A DNA stretch of 64,000 nt from Auanema rhodensis (Eukaryota > Animalia > Nematoda): assembly GCA_964057225.1 (NCBI GenBank), contig CAXKVF010000077.1, positions 372,001 through 436,000 of the forward strand, in the 5' to 3' direction. The notes under the pieces were generated by a model. That model saw only the letters and a program-made list of their open reading frames with translations. It did not search any database and was not told where the DNA came from. Made by a program: the position numbers and the translations under genes. Position 1 is the stretch's first letter. Each line of letters starts with the position of its first letter. Shown in pieces: positions 28,301 to 42,700 of this stretch.

Positions 28301-29027
28301 AGTTCACGTAAATTTCAAAGTCATGGTTACCATGCACCAATATCAATAAAAATTTGTTTTTAGACTAATATGGACATGGAGAATCTAATTTTGAAAACCG
28401 CATCTCTTTATCTTTCACGTGAAGCGAGTTACATACCAAGTGCACATCACGTGTACATTTAATTAGCATAAATTAAAGTTCACGTAAATTTCAAAGTCAT
28501 GGTTACCATGCACCAATATCAATAAAAATTTGTTTTTAGACTAATATGGACATGGAGAATCTAATTTTGAAAACCGCATCTCTTTATCTTTCACGTGAAG
28601 CGAGTTACATACCAAGTGCACATCACGTGTACATTTAATTAGCATTAATTAAAGTTCACGTAAATTTCAAAGTCATGGTTACCATGAACCAATATCAATA
28701 AAAATTTGTTTTTAGACTAATATGGACATGAGGAATCTAATTTTGAAAACCGCATCTCTTTATCTTTCACGTGAAGCGAGTTACATACCAAGTGCACATC
28801 ACGTGTACATTTAATTAGCATTAATTAAAGTTCACGTAAATTTCAAAGTCATGGTTACCATGAACCAATATCAATAAAAATTTGTTTTTAGACTAATATG
28901 GACATGGGGAATCTAATTTTGAAAACCGCATCTCTTTATCTTTCACGTGAAGCGAGTTACATACCAAGTGCACATCACGTGTACATTTAATTAGCATAAA
29001 TTAAAGTTCACGTAAATTTCAAAGTCA
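22380..29027 (+). repeat. 18/19-monomer tandem block duplication
   Basis: Offset 3168: 22516/25684, 23769/26937, 24031/27199, 24220/27388. Offset 3344 afterwards: 24486/27830, 25302/28646. Confidence 0.88.
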
Positions 29028-30229
29028 TGGTTACCATGAACCAATATCAATAAAAATTTATTTTTAGACTAATATGGACATGGGGAATCTAATTTTGAAA
29101 ACCGCATCTCTTTATCTTTCACGTGAAGCGAGTTACATACCAAGTGCACATCACGTGTACATTTAATGAGCATAAATTAAAGTTCACGTAAATTTCAAAG
29201 TCATGGTTACCATGAACTAATATCAATAAAAATTTGTTTTTAGACTAATATGGACATGGGGAATCTAATTTTGAAAACCGCATCTCTTTATCTTTCACGT
29301 GAAGCGAGTTACATACCAAGTGCACATCACGTGTACATTTAATTAGCATAAATTGAAGTTCACGTAAATTTCAAAGTCATGGTTACCATGAACCAATATC
29401 AATAAAAATTTGTTTTTAGACTAATATGGACATGGGGAATCTAATTTTGAAAACCGCATCTCTTTATCTTTCACGTGAAGCGAGTTACATACCAAGTGCC
29501 CATCACGTGTACATTTAATTAGCATAAATTAAAGTTCACGTAAATTTCAAAGTCATGGTTACCATGCACCAATATCAATCAAAATTTGTTTTTAGACTAA
29601 TATGGACATGGGAATCTAATTTTGAAAACCGCATCTCGTTATCTTTCACGTGAAGCGAGTTACATACCAAGTGCACATCACGTGTACATTTAATTAGCAT
29701 AAATTAAAGTTCACGTAAATTTCAAAGTCATGGTTACCATGCACCAATATCAATAAAAATTTGTTTTTAGACTAATATGGACATGGGGAATCTAATTTTG
29801 AAAACCGCATCTCTTTATCTTTCACGTGAAGCGAGTTACATACCAAGTGCACATCACGTGTACATTTAATTAGCATAAATTAAAGTTCACGTAAATTTCA
29901 AAGTCATGGTTACCATGCACCAATATCAATAAAAATTTGTTTTTATACTAATATGGACATGGGGAATCTAATTTTGAAAACCGCATCTCTTTATCTTTCA
30001 CGTGAAGCGAGTTACATACCAAGTGCACATCACGTGTACATTTAATTAGCATAAATTAAAGTTCACGTAAATTTCAAAGTCATGGTTACCATGAACCAAT
30101 ATCAATAAAAATTTGTTTTTAGACTAATATGGACATGGGGAATCTAATTTTGAAAACCGCATCTCTTTATCTTTCACGTGAAGCGAGTTACATACCAAGT
30201 GCACATCACGTGTACATTTAATTAGCATT

Positions 30230-33200
30230 AATTAAAGTTCACGTAAATTTCAAAGTCATGGTTACCATGAACCAATATCAATAAAAATTTGTTTTTAGAC
30301 TAATATGGACATGGGGAATCTAATTTTGAAAACCGCATCTCTTTATCTTTCACGTGAAGCGAGTTACATACCAAGTGCACATCACGTGTACATTTAATTA
30401 GCATAAATTAAAGTTCACGTAAATTTCAAAGTCATGGTTACCATGAACCAATATCAATAAAAATTTGTTTTTAGACTAATATGGACATGGGGAATCTAAT
30501 TTTGAAAACCGCATCTCTTTATCTTTCACGTGAAGCGAGTTACATACCAAGTGCACATCACGTGTACATTTAATGAGCATAAATTAAAGTTCACGTAAAT
30601 TTCAAAGTCATGGTTACCATGAACTAATATCAATAAAAATTTGTTTTTAGACTAATATGGACATGGGGAATCTAATTTTGAAAACCGCATCTCTTTATCT
30701 TTCACGTGAAGCGAGTTACATACCAAGTGCCCATCACGTGTACATTTAATTAGCATAAATTAAAGTTCACGTAAATTTCAAAGTCATGGTTACCATGCAC
30801 CAATATCAATCAAAATTTGTTTTTAGACTAATATGGACATGGGGAATCTAATTTTGAAAACCGCATCTCGTTATCTTTCACGTGAAGCGAGTTACATACC
30901 AAGTGCACATCACGTGTACATTTAATTAGCATAAATTAAAGTTCACGTAAATTTCAAAGTCATGGTTACCATGCACCAATATCAATAAAAATTTGTTTTT
31001 AGACTAATATGGACATGGGGAATCTAATTTTGAAAACCGCATCTCTTTATCTTTCACGTGAAGCGAGTTACATACCAAGTGCACATCACGTGTACATTTA
31101 ATTAGCATAAATTAAAGTTCACGTAAATTTCAAAGTCATGGTTACCATGCACCAATATCAATAAAAATTTGTTTTTAGACTAATATGGACATGGAGAATC
31201 TAATTTTGAAAACCGCATCTCTTTATCTTTCACGTGAAGCGAGTTACATACCAAGTGCACATCACGTGTACATTTAATTAGCATTAATTAAAGTTCACGT
31301 AAATTTCAAAGTCATGGTTACCATTAACCAATATCAATAAAAATTTGTTTTTAGACTAATATGGACATGGGGAATCTAATTTTGAAAACCGCATCTCTTT
31401 ATCTTTCACGTGAAGCGAGTTACATACCAAGTGCACATCACGTGTACATTTAATTAGCATTAATTAAAGTTCACGTAAATTTCAAAGTCATGGTTACCAT
31501 GAACCAATATCAATAAAAATTTGTTTTTAGACTAATATGGACATGGGGAATCTAATTTTGAAAACCGCATCTCTTTATCTTTCACGTGAAGCGAGTTACA
31601 TACCAAGTGCACATCACGTGTACATTTAATTAGCATAAATTAAAGTTCACGTAAATTTCAAAGTCATGGTTACCATGAACCAATATCAATAAAAATTTGT
31701 TTTTAGACTAATATGGACATGGGGAATCTAATTTTGAAAACCGCATCTCTTTATCTTTTACGTGAAGCGAGTTACATACCAAGTGCACATCACGTGTACA
31801 TTTAATGAGCATAAATTAAAGTTCACGTAAATTTCAAAGTCATGGTTACCATGAACTAATATCAATAAAAATTTGTTTTTAGACTAATATGGACATGGGG
31901 AATCTAATTTTGAAAACCGCATCTCTTTATCTTTCACGTGAAGCGAGTTACATACCAAGTGCACATCACGTGTACATTTAATTAGCATAAATTAAAGTTC
32001 ACGTAAATTTCAAAGTCATGGTTACCATGAACCAATATCAATAAAAATTTGTGTTGAGACTAATATGGACATGGGGAATCTAATTTTGAAAACCGCATCT
32101 CTTTATCTTTCACGTGAAGCGAGTTACATACCAAGTGCACATCACGTGTACATTTAATTAGCATAAATTAAAGTTCACGTAAATTTCAAAGTCATGGTTA
32201 CCATGAACCAATATCAATAAAAATTTGTTTTTAGACTAATATGGACATGGGGAATCTAATTTTGAAAACCGCATCTCTTTATCGTTCACGTGAAGCGAGT
32301 TACATACCAAGTGCACATCACGTGTACATTTAATTAGCATAAATTAAAGTTCACGTAAATTTCAAAGTCATGGTTACCATGCACCAATATCAATAAAAAT
32401 TTGTTTTTAGACTAATATGGACATGGGGAATCTAATTTTGGAAACCGCATCTCTTTATCTTTCACGTGAAGCGAGTTACATACCAAGTGCACATCACGTG
32501 TACATTTAATTAGCATAAATTGAAGTTCACGTAAATTTCAAAGTCATGGTTACCATGAACCAATATCAATAAAAATTTGTTTTTAGACTAATATGGACAT
32601 GGGGAATCTAATTTTGAAAACCGCATCTCTTTATCTTTCACGTGAAGCGAGTTACATACCAAGTGCACATCACGTGTACATTTAATTAGCATAAATTAAA
32701 GTTCACGTAAATTTCAAAGTCATGGTTACCATGAACCAATATCAATAAAAATTTGTTTTTAGACTAATATGGACATGGGGAATCTAATTTTGAAAACCGC
32801 ATCTCTTTATCTTTCACGTGAAGCGAGTTACATACCAAGTGCACATCACGTGTACATTTAATTAGCATAAATTAAAGTTCACGTAAATTTCAAAGTCATG
32901 GTTACCATGAACCAATATCAATAAAAATTTGTTTTTAGACTAATATGGACATGGGGAATCTAATTTTGAAAACCGCATCTCTTTATCTTTCACGTGAAGC
33001 GAGTTACATACCAAGTGCACATCACGTGTACATTTAATTAGCATAAATTAAAGTTCACGTAAATTTCAAAGTCATGGTTACCATGAACCAATATCAATAA
33101 AAATTTGTTTTTAGACTAATATGGACATGGGGAATCTAATTTTGAAAACCGCATCTCTTTATCTTTCACGTGAAGCGAGTTACATACCAAGTGCACATCA

Positions 33201-36090
33201 CGTGTACATTTAATTAGCATAAATTAAAGTTCACGTAAATTTCAAAGTCATGGTTACCATGAACCAATATCAATAAAAATTTGTTTTTAGACTAATATGG
33301 ACATGGGGAATCTAATTTTGAAAACCGCATCTCTTTATCTTTCACGTGAAGCGAGTTACATACCAAGTGCACATCACGTGTACATTTAATGAGCATAAAT
33401 TAAAGTTCACGTAAATTTCAAAGTCATGGTTACCATGAACTAATATCAATAAAAATTTGTTTTTAGACTAATATGGACATGGGGAATCTAATTTTGAAAA
33501 CCGCATCTCTTTATCTTTCACGTGAAGCGAGTTACATACCAAGTGCCCATCACGTGTACATTTAATTAGCATAAATTAAAGTTCACGTAAATTTCAAAGT
33601 CATGGTTACCATGCACCAATATCAATCAAAATTTGTTTTTAGACTAATATGGACATGGGGAATCTAATTTTGAAAACCGCATCTCGTTATCTTTCACGTG
33701 AAGCGAGTTACATACCAAGTGCACATCACGTGTACATTTAATTAGCATAAATTAAAGTTCACGTAAATTTCAAAGTCATGGTTACCATGCACCAATATCA
33801 ATAAAAATTTGTTTTTAGACTAATATGGACATGGGGAATCTAATTTTGAAAACCGCATCTCTTTATCTTTCACGTGAAGCGAGTTACATACCAAGTGCAC
33901 ATCACGTGTACATTTAATTAGCATAAATTAAAGTTCACGTAAATTTCAAAGTCATGGTTACCATGCACCAATATCAATAAAAATTTGTTTTTAGACTAAT
34001 ATGGACATGGAGAATCTAATTTTGAAAACCGCATCTCTTTATCTTTCACGTGAAGCGAGTTACATACCAAGTGCACATCACGTGTACATTTAATTAGCAT
34101 TAATTAAAGTTCACGTAAATTTCAAAGTCATGGTTACCATTAACCAATATCAATAAAAATTTGTTTTTAGACTAATATGGACATGGGGAATCTAATTTTG
34201 AAAACCGCATCTCTTTATCTTTCACGTGAAGCGAGTTACATACCAAGTGCACATCACGTGTACATTTAATTAGCATTAATTAAAGTTCACGTAAATTTCA
34301 AAGTCATGGTTACCATGAACCAATATCAATAAAAATTTGTTTTTAGACTAATATGGACATGGGGAATCTAATTTTGAAAACCGCATCTCTTTATCTTTCA
34401 CGTGAAGCGAGTTACATACCAAGTGCACATCACGTGTACATTTAATTAGCATAAATTAAAGTTCACGTAAATTTCAAAGTCATGGTTACCATGAACCAAT
34501 ATCAATAAAAATTTGTTTTTAGACTAATATGGACATGGGGAATCTAATTTTGAAAACCGCATCTCTTTATCTTTTACGTGAAGCGAGTTACATACCAAGT
34601 GCACATCACGTGTACATTTAATGAGCATAAATTAAAGTTCACGTAAATTTCAAAGTCATGGTTACCATGAACTAATATCAATAAAAATTTGTTTTTAGAC
34701 TAATATGGACATGGGGAATCTAATTTTGAAAACCGCATCTCTTTATCTTTCACGTGAAGCGAGTTACATACCAAGTGCACATCACGTGTACATTTAATTA
34801 GCATAAATTAAAGTTCACGTAAATTTCAAAGTCATGGTTACCATGAACCAATATCAATAAAAATTTGTGTTGAGACTAATATGGACATGGGGAATCTAAT
34901 TTTGAAAACCGCATCTCTTTATCTTTCACGTGAAGCGAGTTACATACCAAGTGCACATCACGTGTACATTTAATTAGCATAAATTAAAGTTCACGTAAAT
35001 TTCAAAGTCATGGTTACCATGAACCAATATCAATAAAAATTTGTTTTTAGACTAATATGGACATGGGGAATCTAATTTTGAAAACCGCATCTCTTTATCG
35101 TTCACGTGAAGCGAGTTACATACCAAGTGCACATCACGTGTACATTTAATTAGCATAAATTAAAGTTCACGTAAATTTCAAAGTCATGGTTACCATGCAC
35201 CAATATCAATAAAAATTTGTTTTTAGACTAATATGGACATGGGGAATCTAATTTTGGAAACCGCATCTCTTTATCTTTCACGTGAAGCGAGTTACATACC
35301 AAGTGCACATCACGTGTACATTTAATTAGCATAAATTGAAGTTCACGTAAATTTCAAAGTCATGGTTACCATGAACCAATATCAATAAAAATTTGTTTTT
35401 AGACTAATATGGACATGGGGAATCTAATTTTGAAAACCGCATCTCTTTATCTTTCACGTGAAGCGAGTTACATACCAAGTGCACATCACGTGTACATTTA
35501 ATTAGCATAAATTAAAGTTCACGTAAATTTCAAAGTCATGGTTACCATGAACCAATATCAATAAAAATTTGTTTTTAGACTAATATGGACATGGGGAATC
35601 TAATTTTGAAAACCGCATCTCTTTATCTTTCACGTGAAGCGAGTTACATACCAAGTGCACATCACGTGTACATTTAATTAGCATAAATTAAAGTTCACGT
35701 AAATTTCAAAGTCATGGTTACCATGAACCAATATCAATAAAAATTTGTTTTTAGACTAATATGGACATGGGGAATCTAATTTTGAAAACCGCATCTCTTT
35801 ATCTTTCACGTGAAGCGAGTTACATACCAAGTGCACATCACGTGTACATTTAATTAGCATAAATTAAAGTTCACGTAAATTTCAAAGTCATGGTTACCAT
35901 GAACCAATATCAATAAAAATTTGTTTTTAGACTAATATGGACATGGGGAATCTAATTTTGAAAACCGCATCTCTTTATCTTTCACGTGAAGCGAGTTACA
36001 TACCAAGTGCACATCACGTGTACATTTAATTAGCATAAATTAAAGTTCACGTAAATTTCAAAGTCATGGTTACCATGAACCAATATCAAT
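30230..36090 (+). repeat. 16-monomer (2816-bp) tandem block duplication
   Basis: Offset 2816: 30575/33391, 31325/34141, 31759/34575, 32053/34869. Flanking mismatches at 30229/33045 and 33275/36091. Confidence 0.92.
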
Positions 36091-36799
36091 GAAAATTTGT
36101 TTTTAGACTAATATGGACATGGGGAATCTAATTTTGAAAACCGCATCTCTTTATCTTTCACGTGAAGCGAGTTACATACCAAGTGCACATCACGTGTACA
36201 TTTAATTAGCATAAATTAAAGTTCACGTAAATTTCAAAGTCATGGTTACCATGAACCAATATCAATAAAAATTTGTTTTTAGACTAATATGGACATGGGG
36301 AATCTAATTTTGAAAACCGCATCTCTTTATCTTTCACGTGAAGCGAGTTACATACCAAGTGCACATCACGTGTACATTTAATGAGCATAAATTAAAGTTC
36401 ACGTAAATTTCAAAGTCATGGTTACCATGAACTAATATCAATAAAAATTTGTTTTTAGACTAATATGGACATGGGGAATCTAATTTTGAAAACCGCATCT
36501 CTTTATCTTTCACGTGAAGCGAGTTACATACCAAGTGCACATCACGTGTACATTTAATGAGCATAAATTAAAGTTCACGTAAATTTCAAAGTCATGGTTA
36601 CCATGAACTAATATCAATAAAAATTTGTTTTTAGACTAATATGGACATGGGGAATCTAATTTTGAAAACCGCATCTCTTTATCTTTCACGTGAAGCGAGT
36701 TACATACCAAGTGCACATCACGTGTACATTTAATTAGCATAAATTAAAGTTCACGTAAATTTCAAAGTCATGGTTACCATGAACCAATATCAATAAAAA

Positions 36800-39700
36800 T
36801 TTGTTTTTAGACTAATATGGACATGGGGAATCTAATTTTGAAAACCGCATCTCTTTATCTTTCACGTGAAGCGAGTTACATACCAAGTGCACATCACGTG
36901 TACATTTAATTAGCATAAATTAAAGTTCACGTAAATTTCAAAGTCATGGTTACCATGCACCAATATCAATAAAAATTTGTTTTTAAACTAATATGGACAT
37001 GGGGAATCTAATTTTGAAAACCGCATCTCTTTATCTTTCACGTGAAGCGAGTTACATACCAAGTGCACATGACGTGTACATTTAATTAGCATAAATTAAA
37101 GTTCACGTAACTTTCAAAGTCATGGTTACCATGCACCAATATCAATAAAAATTTGTTTTTAGACTAATATGGACATGGGGAATCTAATTTTGAAAACCGC
37201 ATCTCTTTATCTTTCACGTGAAGCGAGTTACATACTAAGTGCACATCACGTGTACATTTAATTAGCATAAATTAAAGTTCACGTAAATTTCAAAGTCATG
37301 GTTACCATGAACCAATATCAATAAAAATTTGTTTTTAGACTAATATGGACATGGGGAATCTAATTTTGAAAACCGCATCTCTTTATCTTTCACGTGAAGC
37401 GAGTTACATACCAAGTGCACATCACGTGTACATTTAATTAGCATAAATTAAAGTTCACGTAAATTTCAAAGTCATGGTTACCATGCACCAATATCAATAA
37501 AAATTTGTATTTAAACTAATATGGACATGGGGAATCTAATTTTGAAAACCGCATCTCTTTATCTTTCACGTGAAGCGAGTTACATACCAAGTGCACATCA
37601 CGTGTACATTTAATTAGCATAAATTAAAGTTCACGTAAATTTCAAAGTCATGGTTACCATGCACCAATATCGATAAAAATTTGTTTTTAGACTAATATGG
37701 ACATGGGGAATCTAATTTTGAAAACCGCATCTCTTTATCTTTCACGTGAAGCGAGTTACATACCAAGTGCACATCACGTGTACATTTAATTAGCATAAAT
37801 TAAAGTTCACGTAAATTTCAAAGTCATGGTTACCATGAACCAATATCAATAAAAATTTGTTTTTAGACTAATATGGACATGGGGAATCTAATTTTGAAAA
37901 CCGCATCTCTTTATCTTTCACGTGAAGCGAGTTCCATACCAAGTGCACATCACGTGTACATTTAATTAGCATAAATTAAAGTTCACGTAAATTTCAAAGT
38001 CATGGTTACCATGAACCAATATCAATAAAAATTTGTTTTTAGACTAATATGGACATGGGGAATCTAATTTTGAAAACCGCATCTCTTTATCTTTCACGTG
38101 AAGCGAGTTACATACCAAGTGCCCATCACGTGTACATTTAATTAGCATAAATTAAAGTTCACGTAAATTTCAAAGTCATGGTTACCATGCACCAATATCA
38201 ATCAAAATTTGTTTTTAGACTAATATGGACATGGGGAATCTAATTTTGAAAAACGCATCTCGTTATCTTTCACGTGAAGCGAGTTACATACCAAGTGCAC
38301 ATCACGTGTACATTTAATTAGCATAAATTAAAGTTCACGTAAATTTCAAAGTCATGGTTACCATGCACCAATATCAATAAAAATTTGTTTTTAGACTAAT
38401 ATGGACATGGGGAATCTAATTTTGAAAACCGCATCTCTTTATCTTTCACGTGAAGCGAGTTACATACCAAGTGCACATCACGTGTACATTTAATTAGCAT
38501 AAATTAAAGTTCACGTAAATTTCAAAGTCATGGTTACCATGCACCAATATCAATAAAAATTTGTTTTTAGACTAATATGGACATGGGGAATCTAATTTTG
38601 AAAACCGCATCTCTTTATCTTTCACGTGAAGCGAGTTACATACCAAGTGCACATCACGTGTACATTTAATTAGCATAAATTAAAGTTCACGTAAATTTCA
38701 AAGTCATGGTTACCATGCACCAATATCAATAAAAATTTGTTTTTAGACTAATATGGACATGGAGAATCTAATTTTGAAAACCGCATCTCTTTATCTTTCA
38801 CGTGAAGCGAGTTACATACCAAGTGCACATCACGTGTACATTTAATTAGCATAAATTAAAGTTCACGTAAATTTCAAAGTCATGGTTACCATGCAACAAT
38901 ATCAATAAAAATTTGTTTTTAGACTAATATGGACATGGGGAATCTAATTTTGAAAACCGCATCTCTTTATCTTTCACGTGAAGCGAGTTACATACCAAGT
39001 GCACATCACGTGTACATTTAATTAGCATAAATTAAAGTTCACGTAAATTTCAAAGTCATGGTTACCATGCACCAATATCAATAAAAATTTGTTTTTAGAC
39101 TAATATGGACATGGAGAATCTAATTTTGAAAACCGCATCTCTTTATCTTTCACGTGAAGCGAGTTACATACCAAGTGCACATCACGTGTACATTTAATTA
39201 GCATAAATTAAAGTTCACGTAAATTTCAAAGTCATGGTTACCATGCACCAATATCAATAAAAATTTGTTTTTAGACTAATATGGACATGGAGAATCTAAT
39301 TTTGAAAACCGCATCTCTTTATCTTTCACGTGAAGCGAGTTACATACCAAGTGCACATCACGTGTACATTTAATTAGCATTAATTAAAGTTCACGTAAAT
39401 TTCAAAGTCATGGTTACCATGAACCAATATCAATAAAAATTTGTTTTTAGACTAATATGGACATGGGGAATCTAATTTTGAAAACCGCATCTCTTTATCT
39501 TTCACGTGAAGCGAGTTACATACCAAGTGCACATCACGTGTACATTTAATTAGCATTAATTAAAGTTCACGTAAATTTCAAAGTCATGGTTACCATGAAC
39601 CAATATCAATAAAAATCTGTTTTTAGACTAATATGGACATGGGGAATCTAATTTTGAAAACCGCATCTCTTTATCTTTCACGTGAAGCGAGTTACATACC

Positions 39701-42700
39701 AAGTGCACATCACGTGTACATTTAATTAGCATAAATTAAAGTTCACGTAAATTTCAAAGTCATGGTTACCATGAACCAATATCAATAAAAATCTGTTTTT
39801 AGACTAATATGGACATGGGGAATCTAATTTTGAAAACCGCATCTCTTTATCTTTCACGTGAAGCGAGTTACATACCAAGTGCACATCACGTGTACATTTA
39901 ATGAGCATAAATTAAAGTTCACGTAAATTTCAAAGTCATGGTTACCATGAACTAATATCAATAAAAATTTGTTTTTAGACTAATATGGACATGGGGAATC
40001 TAATTTTGAAAACCGCATCTCTTTATCTTTCACGTGAAGCGAGTTACATACCAAGTGCACATCACGTGTACATTTAATTAGCATAAATTAAAGTTCACGT
40101 AAATTTCAAAGTCATGGTTACCATGAACCAATATCAATAAAAATTTGTTTTTAGACTAATATGGACATGGGGAATCTAATTTTGAAAACCGCATCTCTTT
40201 ATCTTTCACGTGAAGCGAGTTACATACCAAGTGCCCATCACGTGTACATTTAATTAGCATAAATTAAAGTTCACGTAAATTTCAAAGTCATGGTTACCAT
40301 GCACCAATATCAATCAAAATTTGTTTTTAGACTAATATGGACATGGGGAATCTAATTTTGAAAACCGCATCTCGTTATCTTTCACGTGAAGCGAGTTACA
40401 TACCAAGTGCACATCACGTGTACATTTAATTAGCATAAATTAAAGTTCACGTAAATTTCAAAGTCATGGTTACCATGCACCAATATCAATAAAAATTTGT
40501 TTTTAGACTAATATGGACATGGGGAATCTAATTTTGAAAACCGCATCTCTTTATCTTTCACGTGAAGCGAGTTACATACCAAGTGCACATCACGTGTACA
40601 TTTAATTAGCATAAATTAAAGTTCACGTAAATTTCAAAGTCATGGTTACCATGCACCAATATCAATAAAAATTTGTTTTTATACTAATATGGACATGGGG
40701 AATCTAATTTTGAAAACCGCATCTCTTTATCTTTCACGTGAAGCGAGTTACATACCAAGTGCACATCACGTGTACATTTAATTAGCATAAATTAAAGTTC
40801 ACGTAAATTTCAAAGTCATGGTTACCATGCACCAATATCAATAAAAATTTGTTTTTAGACTAATATGGACATGGAGAATCTAATTTTGAAAACCGCATCT
40901 CTTTATCTTTCACGTGAAGCGAGTTACATACCAAGTGCACATCAAGTGTACATTTAATTAGCATTAATTAAAGTTCACGTAAATTTCAAAGTCATGGTTA
41001 CCATGAACCAATATCAATAAAAATTTGTTTTTAGACTAATATGGACATGGGGAATCTAATTTTGAAAACCGCATCTCTTTATCTTTCACGTGAAGCGAGT
41101 TACATACCAAGTGCACATCACGTGTACATTTAATTAGCATTAATTAAAGTTCACGTAAATTTCAAAGTCATGGTTACCATGAACCAATATCAATAAAAAT
41201 TTGTTTTTAGACTAATATGGACATGGGGAATCTAATTTTGAAAACCGCATCTCTTTATCTTTCACGTGAAGCGAGTTACATACCAAGTGCACATCACGTG
41301 TACATTTAATTAGCATAAATTAAAGTTCACGTAAATTTCAAAGTCATGGTTACCATGAACCAATATCAATAAAAATTTGTTTTTAGACTAATATGGACAT
41401 GGGGAATCTAATTTTGAAAACCGCATCTCTTTATCTTTCACGTGAAGCGAGTTACATACCAAGTGCACATCACGTGTACATTTAATGAGCATAAATTAAA
41501 GTTCACGTAAATTTCAAAGTCATGGTTACCATGAACTAATATCAATAAAAATTTGTTTTTAGACTAATATGGACATGGGGAATCTAATTTTGAAAACCGC
41601 ATCTCTTTATCTTTCACGTGAAGCGAGTTACATACCAAGTGCACATCACGTGTACATTTAATTAGCATAAATTAAAGTTCACGTAAATTTCAAAGTCATG
41701 GTTACCATGAACCAATATCAATAAAAATTTGTGTTAAGACTAATATGGACATGGGGAATCTAATTTTGAAAACCGCATCTCTTTATCTTTCACGTGAAGC
41801 GAGTTACATACCAAGTGCACATCACGTGTACATTTAATTAGCATAAATTAAAGTTCACGTAAATTTCAAAGTCATGGTTACCATGAACCAATATCAATAA
41901 AAATTTGTTTTTAGACTAATATGGACATGGGGAATCTAATTTTGAAAACCGCATCTCTTTATCGTTCACGTGAAGCGAGTTACATACCAAGTGCACATCA
42001 CGTGTACATTTAATTAGCATAAATTAAAGTTCACGTAAATTTCAAAGTCATGGTTACCATGCACCAATATCAATAAAAATTTGTTTTTAGACTAATATGG
42101 ACATGGGGAATCTAATTTTGGAAACCGCATCTCTTTATCTTTCACGTGAAGCGAGTTACATACCAAGTGCACATCACGTGTACATTTAATTAGCATAAAT
42201 TGAAGTTCACGTAAATTTCAAAGTCATGGTTACCATGAACCAATATCAATAAAAATTTGTTTTTAGACTAATATGGACATGGGGAATCTAATTTTGAAAA
42301 CCGCATCTCTTTATCTTTCACGTGAAGCGAGTTACATACCAAGTGCACATCACGTGTACATTTAATTAGCATAAATTAAAGTTCACGTAAATTTCAAAGT
42401 CATGGTTACCATGAACCAATATCAATAAAAATTTGTTTTTAGACTAATATGGACATGGGGAATCTAATTTTGAAAACCGCATCTCTTTATCGTTCACGTG
42501 AAGCGAGTTACATACCAAGTGCACATCACGTGTACATTTAATGAGCATAAATTAAAGTTCACGTAAATTTCAAAGTCATGGTTACCATGAACTAATATCA
42601 ATAAAAATTTGTTTTTAGACTAATATGGACATGGGGAATCTAATTTTGAAAACCGCATCTCTTTATCTTTCACGTGAAGCGAGTTACATACCAAGTGCAC

